A stretch of DNA of 60,177 nt, filler included, from Squatina squatina (taxonomy: Eukaryota), in NCBI GenBank assembly GCA_031763465.1. It is 4 parts of 4 records of this genome, joined end to end, with 100 filler letters (N's around TTAATTAATTAA, not from the genome) between each part and the next. Parts side by side here need not be neighbours in the genome. Positions count along the whole stretch, not along the records: positions 16,670 to 31,430 come from JARFOE010000176.1; positions 31,531 to 45,608 come from JARFOE010754623.1; 2 more parts are not named here. One strand, written 5' to 3'. Every line of letters begins with the position of its first letter. The stretch's first letter is position 1. Below the pieces are notes generated by a model that ran no database searches, was not told the origin of the DNA, and was given only the letters and a program-made list of their open reading frames with translations. The position numbers were made by a program, and so were the translations under genes. Positions 25,431-37,122 of the stretch are shown here, one piece after another.

Positions 25431-25879
25431 AGCCTCTAAATATTTCTGACATTATGCGGTGTTATCCTATTGTCAGTTAACTGTCGAGGATGAGATAGTC
25501 ATGGAAATTTTTGAACCAATCTTAGTCTGAAGTTACACCCTACACTGAATTGGAACATTGTGTCTACATTTTAAATAACAAGATGTATTGTCATAGAATT
25601 TATGAAACCCAATAACCTTTGGCTTTAGTCCAGTTGTCAATTTTCCCATTTAGTCTCAAGTCATTAACTCTGGGACTTACACAAATGCAACCCNNNNNNN
25701 NNNNNNNNNNNNNNNNNNNNNNNNNNNNNNNNNNNNNNNNNNNNNNNNNNNNNNNNNNNNNNNNNNNNNNNNNNNNNNNNNNNNNNNNNNNNNACTCATC
25801 TCTCTGCTCCAAAAGGATGCCATCTCTGCACCTCCGTCCCCACTACAACATTAGTGATGGCTCCCATGGCTGAATAGTC

Positions 25880-26341
25880 AAATTTTAAAAAATCAAAAGT
25901 GGGCAGGAAAAAACACTTATTACGGTAACTTTTACACTTGCAAACAATGCCTACAACCCCATTTAGCCAAAAAAATCACGATTGACTAAAAAAATAAAAT
26001 TAACGCTGATTTTTTTAAAAATAGAACTTTACCATCACTCCCCAGCGGGTGACAACACCCAAAAAACTGGGCGTTGTCACCGCTGGTTTTAAGGCTCAGC
26101 AGCCTTATCGAATTCTCCAGCGGGCGGCCATTTTTGCCATTGCGGCCAATGATGATGTCATTGAATCCCTCTAACGCTGAACTCTGCGTTTTCAGCCTTA
26201 AAGCTTTAACGCCCATTTAGCGCCAGCATTAAGGGGGAACGAATTTCCCATTGCTAAATTTAGCACCCAAAATCAGCGTTAAGCCTTTAACACCTATTTA
26301 ACGCTACATTAGCGCTGAAAAAAAGGGCGGATTGGGCGCCC
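25880..26341. mobile_element. Harbinger-like terminal region with TTAACGC-type sub-terminal repeats and an internal hairpin
   Basis: Ends GGATTGGGCGCCC, like the Harbinger end GAATTGGGCAGCC at 33540-33552. Repeated TAACGC/GCGTTA motifs are shared with 33250-33500. Confidence 0.55.
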
Positions 26342-26884
26342 AAAATCTTTAGCATGTTGATTCATATAATTGTGTAGTTCCTGGTCAGATGTCTTTAATA
26401 CACTTTGAACACTATCTGTAATGTCGTATTTAATATGTGAAATAGCAACATCTAGTGGAAGAAAGATTCTGCACTGTCTTCTATCATTTTCATAGTAGAA
26501 AACCTGGGGCAATCTATTCCGATTAGCTTTGATTTTGGCACATTACAGATTCTGAGATGCTTTACTGCACAAAAATCACTCCAACAATTTTATATGCATT
26601 TGCTTTATTTTTTTTTGGATGCAAACCTGTAGAATGAGAGCGCAAACCAGCTCCGGGAGGCAGGAGTGATTTTTGATAGCCATTTATTTTCCTACCTCAC
26701 AAAATCATACTAGTGTGGACAGAGTGGTTTAACAAGCTGGCAGAAGCACCGAAGTCAGATTCATCAGGTGAATTCGATGGCCAGTGCAACACTTAAATGG
26801 GTGATACAGATACTGCAGGAATCACACTGGTACAACTCAATCAAGACCTTGCAATTCAGGATTTAACTGTATAGGAACCAAAAG

Positions 26885-27178
26885 TAGGGTGACCAGATTT
26901 TCAGAAGTCAAAACTGGGACAAAACTAACCTTTCGCTTCTGGTCTTGGAATCCCATCAGTCACTGTGCTGAGTGAACTCACGCACATTAAGGTCTCCGTC
27001 GAGTCTGCGCATGCGCAGTCACGTCTCTGTCAAGTCTGCGCATACACAGTAAGGTCTCCGTCAAGTGCACACAAAAAACTGGGATATTTGAGCCATTTTC
27101 AAAAAATTGTTGGGACACCAGGGCATTTGCTTAAAAACTGGGACTGTCCCAGCAAAACTGGGACGTCTGGTCACCCTA
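26885..27178. mobile_element. Complete hAT (Blackjack-like) MITE, 294 bp
   Basis: Perfect 13-bp TIRs TAGGGTGACCAGA / TCTGGTCACCCTA, a perfect 8-bp TSD ACCAAAAG (26877-26884 and 27179-27186), and sub-terminal AAAACTGGGAC repeats. Confidence 0.92.
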
Positions 27179-27447
27179 ACCAAAAAGGACAGCAAACTGG
27201 TGAGAGCTTTTGTTGTATTAACCAGCGTTAACCTCAGAGAAATCTAAGTCATTTCGAAATTAACTAAATGAATCTTTTCATTAGTGTGAATGAACAATAT
27301 TTTGGGATTCTGCAGGTTTACATAAAAAAAAAGCAAATGTGCACATATTTTTGATTCTTTATTGTTGCTTTTCTTGTTTCCTGATCTGTTGCTGTTTAAG
27401 ATGATATCATGGAGGAACTGATTCTCCCAGACATGGTACCCTCGCTG

Positions 27448-27560
27448 GCCACTCCACCTCACCCGCCCTATCCCACCGCACCCCACCCCATCCCAGCCCA
27501 ACACACCCCATCCCACCTCCACCTCACCCACCTTATCCCACCGCACCTCACCCCATCCCA
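27448..27560. repeat. Degenerate (CCCCA/CCCAT)n pentanucleotide repeat
   Basis: Seen directly; it runs into an N gap. Confidence 0.8.
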
Positions 27561-28375
27561 NNNNNNNNNNNNNNNNNNNNNNNNNNNNNNNNNNNNNNNN
27601 NNNNNNNNNNNNNNNNNNNNNNNNNNNNNNNNNNNNNNNNNNNNNNNNNNNNNNNNNNNNACAGAAGAGAACACAGGGGGGTCTAGAAGGAAGCCTGCCA
27701 CTTCCTAGAGATTAATTTAAAAAAAGAAAAAAAAGCAAGCAAGAACATCTGAGACATTCACAGATGGTTTGTCTTGGCAAACAAATTGGTGGATATTGGA
27801 CATATGTACAAGGGTGAGATCTAACACCTAATTCTATGCTTATGGAAGTCAATTTCCCCCAGTTCCCAATCCCCCACAATTAATTTTTACAACTATTTAT
27901 CAAGAAAATATATTATTTGTAGGGCAAATAATTTTTTATTTTGACATGGACAGCTATTGTATGTTAAAATATATTAAACTCTATGGGAAGTATGTGTGCC
28001 GCAGTGGTGAGAAATATCAACAGTTGTTCTGGTAAAATCTGATTAGTCATTTAGTCAGAAACCAACCAATGAGTTATTTTGTCCCTGATGGTCAATTTGG
28101 ATGACTTGCGTGGAAAGAGGGTTTTTAAAAAAATATGTAATACTTGTGCAATTGCAATCGTGACTAAATTCTGGGCGGAGTCAACCAGAAGTAACAATGC
28201 TTAGAGTGGTTAATCTAAGGTATTCAACCTGGCAAGGGATTGCTGCTGGAGTTTTGAGGCTGTAGTCTATGTAGTCTGAACTGGGCCTGTTCTACAATAA
28301 AGTCACTCTCCGCCGGAAGTGTCCAGGCATTTAGCCTCATACCATGGAGCCTCAGGGCATCATATAAAAGTTGAT

Positions 28376-28569
28376 AAACAAAAAATGCTGGAAAAACTCA
28401 GCAGGTCAGGCTGCGGAGAGAAAAACCGATGTCAGAACTGAAAAAAGCGAGAAATACAAGAGGTTTTAAAGCACTGGCAGGGGAAGGCAAAGGGTGGGGG
28501 TGGGGAGGGGGGAAAGGGAAGAACCAAGGGTAAGATCATTGTGTGATTGTGTGGAAGACAGAAGAGATA
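28376..28569. mobile_element. Penelope-like element terminal fragment
   Basis: AAAATGCTGGAAAAACTCAGCAGGTCAGGC is a common shark PLE terminal motif. A related reverse end TTCCAGCATCCGCAGTATTTCGC occurs at 29986-30010. Confidence 0.55.
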
Positions 28570-28909
28570 NNNNNNNNNNNNNNNNNNNNNNNNNNNNNNN
28601 NNNNNNNNNNNNNNNNNNNNNNNNNNNNNNNNNNNNNNNNNNNNNNNNNNNNNNNNNNNNNNNNNNNNNCGTCAATTTCAGGCCCTGGGTTTTCTAGTTT
28701 AGGAACTGATATCAGAATTTCGGCCTCCTCATTTTCAAATAAGGATTCCCAATTAGTATTTTGTGTATTTTCTACCCTCTCAGTTCTTTTGGTAATAAGG
28801 CTATTTATACCAGCTAATATGACAATAAAATCAGTCAGTTCAGTTGTCTTTCATCATTCAACTTCCAGTTTCCATGCTTTCATCCAAGAGCACACGATCT
28901 TGACTTAAG

Positions 28910-29338
28910 AATGGCCTGGACTAATGATCCAGAGACGTGAGTTCAAATCCCACCACGGCAGCTGAATTCAGTTCATTAAATAAATCTGGAATAAAAAGCT
29001 AGCATCAGTAATGGTGACCATGAAACTATCGGATTGTTGTAAAAACCCATCTGGTTCACTAATATCCTTTAGAGAAGGAAACCTGCCGTCCTTACCTGGT
29101 CTGGTCTACACGTGACTCCAGCCCCACAGCAATGTGTGGGTGACTCTTAACTGCCCTCTGAAATGGCCTAGGAAGCCACTCTGTTGTAACAAACCACTGC
29201 AAAGAAGTAGCACCACATGGACTGCAGCAGTTGAAGAAGGTGGCTCACCACCTGCTTCTCAAGGGTAATTAGGGATGGTCAATAAATGCCGACCTTGCCA
29301 GTGACGCCCACATCCTGTGATTGAATCAATTAAAAAAA
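28910..29338 (+). mobile_element. tRNA-derived SINE with a 3' tail borrowed from the 43848-45213 LINE family
   Basis: B-box GAGTTCAAATCCC at about 28939, central CTGGTTCACTAAT..CCTTTAG.GAAGGAAACCTGCCGTCCTTACC, a 3' tail aligning to the LINE 3' end, and an A-rich end. Confidence 0.85.
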
Positions 29339-31276
29339 TCTCTTCCCAACAGATTTTCAAATGTGCAAAATCTCTATAAGCAGGCCAAAAGAGTGGAAAC
29401 GTGACCTTCAATCTAAACTATCCTGGCCACTTAACTTTCTGCAATTCTGTGACATTCTAGTCGACAGGAAAATGGATTGTATGGAGGTACTGGAAAAGGT
29501 TAAAATTACTCATGGACAAATAAGTACGCACACTAAGTTGTAAATTAAATTACTTTTTTATTTAATCATGTGAAAACAGCAGAGAATCAAATTTGTAACT
29601 GCAAATTATGATTTTATAGATTTGTTTATTTAATCAATGACGATTCATAAAACAATGTTTTCTTTTTCTAAAAGTGCTCAGTACTAAACGGTCACAATGA
29701 AGAGATTGGATTTTAGATTAGTACAGCTATTATTTACAAAGAAAGACTCAGCCATCAGGAAATAATTATGTACAAAGTATGAACAAAGACCCCTTAATTA
29801 CACAGAAAATACTAGGTTGCCCTAATTATAGCAGTGATTTTATTTGCTAGCCTTGTAGTGGCAGGTTTCAAAGGTANNNNNNNNNNNNNNNNNNNNNNNN
29901 NNNNNNNNNNNNNNNNNNNNNNNNNNNNNNNNNNNNNNNNNNNNNNNNNNNNNNNNNNNNNNNNNNNNNNNNNNNNTATTCTAGATTCCAGCATCCGCAG
30001 TATTTCGCTTTTATATTACTCAGAATGATTAAGTTGGTCTGAGCTCTGTAGATAATGCTTTATTTGGCCAACTACTGTTCAGCACTGTCTGTATCTGCTT
30101 GGGAGTAGGCTGCTTGTCCATTGTCATCAGCATGTGAATTTGATTCTTTCTTGTGGACAGACAATGTTTACTGTTTTTCTATCCGATGGGGAAAACTGGT
30201 TGAAACACATGAGCCAGAGGAGCCGCTAGTTCCTCAGATCAGGTTTTGACATCCTGATCACATATGCCATCAGACTACTAGTTTTTCTGGGATCAAGATT
30301 TTGAAGCAGATGTCTGAGCGAACTTTTGCTGATTTGCAAATTACCACTTAGCGGGGAATCTAATTGCGGGAGCCTCCTAGTTCAGTTAAAATGATATGAA
30401 TAGCACATTGCATTGCCACCATTCTTGCACCATGGCTTTGCACATTTACATCTCATCCAGGAAAGACAGCAGGCTAATTAAGACAGACTCCTGAGAGCTC
30501 TTCAAGCCAAGGGTTACTGTCAGGGAGCAATCTGAATCGCAGGTTATCAGGATACATTGATTATACAACAACAAAGCAGCACTGGACCTCTGTGGCAAAT
30601 TAAAAGCATTAACGTGAGTGCAGCACTGTCCATTCTCATACATTCACAATTTGTATCAAGGTCACTGTGGCCTTGGGGGGTGGTTATGTTTCTGGAACTT
30701 TCCAAACCCCGGAGGCAATCACTGCAGAAATTAATCANNNNNNNNNNNNNNNNNNNNNNNNNNNNNNNNNNNNNNNNNNNNNNNNNNNNNNNNNNNNNNN
30801 NNNNNNNNNNNNNNNNNNNNNNNNNNNNNNNNNNNNNATCTAGCATTCTTCAGAATTACTGAATAACCCTCAGTGGCATTGCAGAGTTATTAGCACATTA
30901 GATGGTAACAGGTGCACGTGTGAAATACAGTTCCCTAATTCAGCAGCACACATTTTATCAACAGTGGAAATAATGACCATTAGTGCTAATGAGCATGGGT
31001 TATATTGAAAGAAATAAAACAAAGCTTGAAAAACTGTCGGACCCATTTACAAGGCAATGCACAATATCCAATTATACCACACAGCTGGCTAACTCCAAGG
31101 GTCCAGATCCAAGACATATCATACAGATTCAGTATGAATTTATTTTTTTAAATAATAATGGATCTAGGAAAATCTATTATTTTCCTTGAAACAAAGGTGA
31201 TTGCAAAATTAGTTTTGTGTTTTTAACTTGTCGAGAAAGCATGTTCAAAGAGATTGTTTTGTTGTATTATAAATGT

Positions 31277-31430
31277 CTTGGCTCAGTTGGTAACACTTTG
31301 GCCTCTGAGTCGGAGTTCAAGCCCCACTCCGGGACATGCAAAGAGAATTTAAACTGACCCTTCATTGTAGTACCTCGGAAGAGCAGCATTGTCAGAGGTG
31401 CTATTTCTGCAGGAGATATTGAACTGTCTG
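31277..31430 (+). mobile_element. 5' part of a tRNA-headed Deu-type SINE
   Basis: Pol III A box TGGCTCAGTTGG and B box GAGTTCAAGCCCC, then GCATTGTCAGAGGTGC as at 59190. Confidence 0.7.
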
Positions 31431-31530
31431 NNNNNNNNNNNNNNNNNNNNNNNNNNNNNNNNNNNNNNNNNNNNTTAATTAATTAANNNNNNNNNNNNNN
31501 NNNNNNNNNNNNNNNNNNNNNNNNNNNNNN
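31431..31530. other. Artificial scaffold linker N44-TTAATTAATTAA-N44
   Basis: 12-mer at 31475-31486. Confidence 0.95.
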
Positions 31531-31601
31531 GCTTAGGTCAGTTAAGGAGGAGGAGGGGAGGACTGTTGTGCTAATTTGAAACTTTTTTGTCAAATGTGAA
31601 A

Positions 31602-32295
31602 ATAGATCAGAGAGCTTGACTAGGAGCAAGGGTTCCTCGTTTCAGTGAGGCAGCCCTGCAGGCACTTGTCCAGGCTGTGGAGAGAAGGGCAGCAATCCTC
31701 TTTCCTGTGGCTGGGAGAAGGGGGACAGCAAGGATGATGAGAAGAGGATAGGGGGAAGTTGCGGCAGAAGTTGAAGCGTCTGATGTGACTCCAAGGACCC
31801 CTCATCAATGTAGGAATGAATTTAATGATCTCACGCAGATTGTGAGGGTGAGTGTAAGCCTCTTCACAATGGTCGGTTGCATTCTCCCTTGTTCAACTCC
31901 ATTGTTTTCACAAAGTGGCTGAGCTGCTGATGAAAGGTCACAGCATTATCATGCGCACTGGGCATGGCACGCCTCTTGCCAGTCACAGGACCTCACTACT
32001 TGTAAGGGGATGTCTCCCAATCTTTCATTTCTCCTTCTCTTGGCAGGTGAGACTGGCAGCTTTGAGAAGAGCAAGGAGGAGAGATGAGGGCGACCACGGA
32101 GATGTAGCAAAGAGAATGCGGATGGAGAGGGATGTGGCTTCTCCAATGGATGAGGAATCTGGGGAATCCATGGCAAGCTCGACAGAATCACAGCAGCCGG
32201 CCACGAGCCATCCTGAACCCACATCCCCCACCGAGGAGAAGTTTGAAAGTTGCATTAAGAAGGGTGAAAAGAGAGTGCGGAAGGGGGCTGATTAA
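31602..32295 (+). pseudogene. Harbinger Myb/SANT-like DNA-binding protein pseudogene, two exons (31602-31847, 32047-32295)
   Basis: ARVPRFSEAALQALVQAVERRAAILFP...G*GEVAAEVEASDVTPRTPHQCRNEFNDL is a Myb/SANT domain with the conserved Trp changed to TAG. Donor GTGAGT at 31848; polypyrimidine-CAG acceptor at 32046, in frame. Confidence 0.85.
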
Positions 32296-32444
32296 TAAAA
32301 GTGAAGTGAAAGTTCATGTGATTAAATTGTGTTTCTGTGAAAAAAGGTGTAATTTCATCTCTATTTAATGAGTGCTGTGCTGGATGAGCGCAGAGAATCA
32401 AATGAGAGGGCGATTGTGATGCATGTAATGTTATGTGACAGGGG

Positions 32445-33098
32445 AGGCCATGTGAATCGCTCGCGGATGAGTTGCAGCCATGCCTACAGACCAGGGTATG
32501 TCCGACGATGCCTTCCTCGACCTCCTTGAGGCCAATGAGGGGCTTGGACCTCCTCCTCCTCTGAAGACAAGTCGTGTTGGGTGCCACCATCTTGCTGATC
32601 CAGCTGATTCTGAGCAAGTGTGGGCAGAGGAATGAGGCACACTGCAGATGTCAGCCGTCGCTCCTTGAAAGTTGCCATTGGCATAAATGTTGAGAGCCAC
32701 TACGAGTTTAATTGCCATTGAGAGCAGGAGAAGCCCTGTTTTGAGGCTGAAGGTCAGGCTGCAAATGTTGGCAGAGTTCATTCAAGGCCACCTTTCTGAA
32801 AGGCAGTCAACAAAGGGATTGGTCGTCCGTCATCTGCAGGTAGTTGAATCTGCGTCTGTGAACTCTGTGGCCTCCGCCCTCTAGGAGGAGGCTGCAATGG
32901 CCTGGGCCATGCCACCAGTGGTGCAGGTGGCTCTGCGAGGTCCGGCGGTTGTTGTGGTTTGTCTGGTTGAGGCACTGCTTCTTCCTCATTTACCTCTGCC
33001 CCCATATCTCTCTGCCTGTCTTGAAGGTCTCCTCTGTTCATCTGGTTCTGCACCTGATGTTGTATGAGTATCCATTCGACCGTGAATCCAACACCCAT
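32445..33098 (-). pseudogene. Harbinger (HARBI1-like) transposase pseudogene with the DDE core deleted
   Basis: Frameshifted RVHRRRFNYLQMTDDQSL..LPFRK and AIKLVVALNIYANGNFQGATADICSVPHSSAH (HTH region) are fused near 32613 directly to the C-terminal SEEEE...LIRERF. Confidence 0.85.
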
Positions 33099-33099
33099 G

Positions 33100-33552
33100 G
33101 CATGGGGCAGAAATCTTTAAGGTAATGAAAGCTCAGATGATACCAACGAGAAGTCAGCACTGATTCAGAGTGAGGCGTTCAAGTGAAAATCACAGGATTT
33201 GATTGAAATGGAGCAGGGAGACAAAGTTACAATGAAGCCCAGTTCCAGCGCTTTCCAAAGCGTTAAAAGTTGAGTAGATCTGTGTCAGTGTCCAAAAAAC
33301 AGGGTGTTGACATCGCTAAAGTTAAGACCTTTTAGCCTTGTTCAATTCTAAGGCGTTACTCTGACATCATCAGGACTCGCTAACACCAAAACTCACAATT
33401 GTGGCATCAGCCCATTAACGCCCGTTCAGTCCCAGCGTTAACGAGTAGATGAATTTCGCGGCAAAATAATTAACTCTATAAATTGGCGTTAAACACTTTG
33501 TGCACATTTACCACCATTTTTATGCCTTAATAAAACTACGAATTGGGCAGCC
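33100..33552. mobile_element. Harbinger terminal region with probable TIR end and TAA target site
   Basis: Ends GAATTGGGCAGCC followed by TAA (33553-33555). PIF/Harbinger elements make TAA/TTA TSDs. Confidence 0.6.
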
Positions 33553-33958
33553 TAAATCTTTTAGAAATTGATAAAAAATTGCCAGAGATAAATCTTTGCA
33601 AACAATGCAGGTGAGGCAAATTGTTTTGGAAAAAATGTTTAAAGTCCTGTGTATGACTTCGCTCCCTGGGCTGTTTCCCTGCGGCGAAGGCGCTGCATCA
33701 ATGCAAGTTATTGCTGCTGGTGATCGGCGGGGCTTCCTCCATTGTCTTTCCTCCCAGCTGATTGGTTGCCGTTGTGTGGTCAGAGGTCAGCAAGTGGTGA
33801 GCGTGGGCCGCTGGTTGGTGCTTGCACCGTTGTCCCGCCCACAACCTTGTTCTCGTGGCTCTGCCGATGGCGCATCACGTGCAGCGTCCACCCAACGTCA
33901 CGCCGTGTGGCCCAGCGCTGGCTCGACATGCCCTTGATTGGTTCGTGGCCCCCGTGTT

Positions 33959-34130
33959 GTTCCTGCTCTGTTTGCAGGATCCCCTCACAGGGCCCGCGAG
34001 CTGCTCCCGCTCTGTTTCCAGTCTCCCCCCGGAGCCCGCGTTGCGCTCCTACTCTGTTTCCACGCTTCCCCCGGGGCCCGTGTGTGGCTCCCGCTCTGTT
34101 TCCAGGCTTCCGCGGGTGATGTTCGCTCCC
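33959..34130. repeat. About 4 copies of a ~42-bp GC-rich tandem repeat
   Basis: Unit GCTCCCGCTCTGTTTCCAGTCTCCCCCCGGAGCCCGCGTTGC. Confidence 0.85.
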
Positions 34131-34136
34131 TTGTTT

Positions 34137-34420
34137 ATCTGTCCCTGTGAACAAAGTCTGGATGAATCGAGTGGCCTGGGTTGTGATTTCAGGTCGCTCA
34201 TCAACAGTTGAGGTTTTGCATCAGCTGAGAAAAGGGTCGCTGTCGCACACACACAAGGAAACAAATCAACTCCAACTCCAAAACCAAATAGTCAAATTCA
34301 CTCACACTCCTCTAACCCATTTTAGTATCATTCCCAGCTCCGTGCACTGGTTCCCCACTCTCTCCCCCTCGGAGTCAGGCTTCATCCCATAATCCAGATC
34401 CACACTCCTGTTGCCAGTCC
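34137..34420. repeat. Local duplication, copy 1 (copy 2 at 36163-36447)
   Basis: The two copies are colinear and near-identical over about 280 bp, offset by about 2027 bp. Confidence 0.92.
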
Positions 34421-34959
34421 CTTGTCTCCTGGCCTCCAGTCCCATGTCCGTCAGCCCCAAGTCCCTTGGACATTAGCGTCCGGCCCTCGGTCCTCGCGGC
34501 TCGCACTCTATACCAGGTTCCCCCCGCCACCCGCCAGCGATGATGTGCAGAGCAGACAACCTGATGATGAAGGGCTGGCTTTTGATCTGCCCGTACTACA
34601 GCCATTGCCTGGTCTGCCGGTGGGAGTCCCTCGGCCTTTAGCATCTGGCCCCACCGCCCTTAGCGACTGGCCCTCGGTCCTTAGCGACTGCTGCACAGGC
34701 ACTGAATTAATTTTGTGATTTCTCTTGCGCAGGCTGGATGAAGTGTGTGAATTGTGTGTTGCTTCAGATCTGAATCAAATACCATTGGAGATCCTGGGAC
34801 CAACCACCACCCTGCTCCCCTTCAATGCCTACAACACTGACAGACAGTGGGCTGTCCTTCTCCAGTCTGGGCCATCTTCGAGAAATGCCATGTCAAACAG
34901 CAGCCAGAACAGGTAGAGACGGCAGGTTCCCTTCCCTGAAGCAGCTCAGTCAATTCTTA

Positions 34960-35560
34960 CAGCAAAGATTCACAAGCATGACACTGGAACTGCAAGGTTA
35001 TATCCAGCAGGAAAGACTGAACAGACTGGGGCTCTTTTCTATAGAAAAGAGAAGAATGAGGGGTGGCTTAATAGAGGTCTGTAATATTATGAAGTGGTTC
35101 AGTAGGGTAGATGTAAAGAAGATGTTTCCACTCGTGTGGAGAATCCAAAACTAGAGACCATAAATATAAAGAAAGAACTTGCATCAATACACATTTCATA
35201 ACCTCGGATCACCTCAAGGCTCTTGACGGCCAATGAAATACTTGATTTTTGAAGGGTAGTCACTCTTATCACAGAGGAAGTAATAATTTAAGATAGTCAC
35301 AAATTAATCCAATGGGGAATTCGGGAGAATCTTCTTCGCCGAGAGAGAGTGGTGAAAATGTTAATCTGATGACCACATGGAGTGATTCAGGCAAATAGCA
35401 TCGATGCATTTAAGGGGAAGCTGGATAAACACATGGGGTAGAAAGGAATAGAAGAACATGTTGATGGGTTTAGATGGAGAGGGGTTGGAAGGAGGCTTGA
35501 GAGTAACATAAACACCAACACGGACTTGTACTGAGTGGGCAGTTTCTGTGCCGTACGTTA
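34960..35560 (+). mobile_element. CR1 LINE 3' fragment, interrupted by a minus-strand SINE tail at about 35168-35280
   Basis: Translates to QQRFTSM..EL.G...QERLNRLGLFSIEKRRMRGGLIEV. Confidence 0.8.
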
Positions 35561-36162
35561 TATGTCAGCTGGCAGATATCATGAATGTTGTTCCTTGTGC
35601 AGCCCATGAGAATTATTCAGCTCAATTACACATTTTACCATGGTGGATTTGAGCTCTCCAGCTCTGGGTTGCATCTCCTGGACAGAAGCAGTTCCTTCCT
35701 GTACCTGGGCAGCCGTCAGAGATGCTTCCACTATCACGACACTGCAAATCCTTTCAAACAGGTTTGGGGTGCCTTCAAATTCTGCCCAGTGCCAGATTCA
35801 TCCAGTGGAGTGTGAAGGATGATCCTTTATTGGAACGCTACAGAGTGGGCACTGGGTACCGGGCCTCTCCAGTACCACCAGTCTTCTCCTGCCCCTCTCC
35901 CGATAATGCTGAGGAATGGGTTCCACCAGCGTCCAAGCCCTTTTGCAAGTCAACCGAAGTGGCCCTTTCTTGTCTCGCTATTGGTCCAAAGGTTGATACT
36001 GGGGACTTGTTGGTCGGCTCCAGGACAAGTGCTCCCATCTCAGGGCGCAAGTTATGAGGATGGTAGCAGACTTTATTTCCACAGGTATCTTGCAGTGATC
36101 GAGCGAGTATTAAGGAGGAGGGCTGGAATTAATGTCGGTACTGAAATGGTTGCACCCTTCTT

Positions 36163-36447
36163 TACCTGTCCCGGTGAACAATGTCTGGATGAATCGAGTG
36201 GCCTGGGTTGAGATTTCAGGTCAGAAATCAACAGGTGAGGTTTTGCATCAGCTGATCAAAGAGTCGCTGTCCCACACGCACAAGGAAACAAATCAACTCC
36301 AACTGCAAAACCAAATATTCAAATTCACTCACACTCCTCTAACACATTTCAGTATCATTCCCAGCTCTGTGCACTGGCTCCCCACTCTCTCCCCTCTCAG
36401 TCAGGATACTTCATCCCATAATCAAGCTCCACAATCCTACTGCCAGT
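36163..36447. repeat. Local duplication, copy 2
   Basis: See 34137-34420. Confidence 0.92.
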
Positions 36448-36525
36448 ACTGAAGAAGGTGCTGCATTGTCGGAGGGAGACGTATACACTCCAGTATTTAA
36501 GCCTATAATCCAGGTCTTCAATGCC

Positions 36526-36850
36526 GATGCCAGTCTTTTGTCTCTCAACTCCCAGTCCCCTGTCTCTAAGCCCCCAGTCCCTTGTCTCTGAGCCAACAGT
36601 CCCTTGACTCTCAGCCCCCAGTCCCTTGTCACTCAGCCACCATTCCCTTGACTCTCAGCACCCAGTCCCTTGTCTCTGAGCCAGCAGTCCCTTGACTCTC
36701 AGCCCCCAGTCCCTTGACTCTCAGCCCCCAGTCCCCTGTCACTCAGCACCCAGTCCCTTGTCACTCAGCCAACAGTCCCTTGACTCTCAACCCCCAACTC
36801 CCTTGGTTCTCAGCCCCCCGTCCCTTGTCTCTCAGCCCCCCATCCCTTGT
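36526..36850. repeat. ~21-bp minisatellite
   Basis: Unit CAGTCCCTTG(A/T)CTCTCAGCCC(C), about 15 copies. Confidence 0.9.
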
Positions 36851-37122
36851 GCTCGCTGACATACATTGGTTTCCAGTTGAGCAACGCCTTACTTTTAAAA
36901 TTCTCATACTTGTTCTGAAATCCCTCCATGGGATAACCCTCCCTATCTCTGTAATCTCCTCCAGCCCTCTAATCCCCTGAGATCTCTGCCCTCTGCCAAT
37001 TCCGGCCTGTTGAACATGCCCGATTTTAATTGCTCCTCCATTGTTTTCATAATGCTCATGTGAAGAGCCTTCGGTGCTTCATTACATTAAAGGCACGATA
37101 TCAATGTAAGTCTTTGTTGTTG
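36840..37122 (+). mobile_element. L2 LINE 3' fragment
   Basis: Translates to LADIHWFPVEQRLTFKILILVLKSLHG, followed by the L2 tail ending TTGTTGTTG. Confidence 0.8.

Noticed and set aside
31277-31335. tRNA gene (also the B box at about 28939)
   Set aside because: A/B boxes are present but there is no complete cloverleaf, and the sequence runs into a SINE body.
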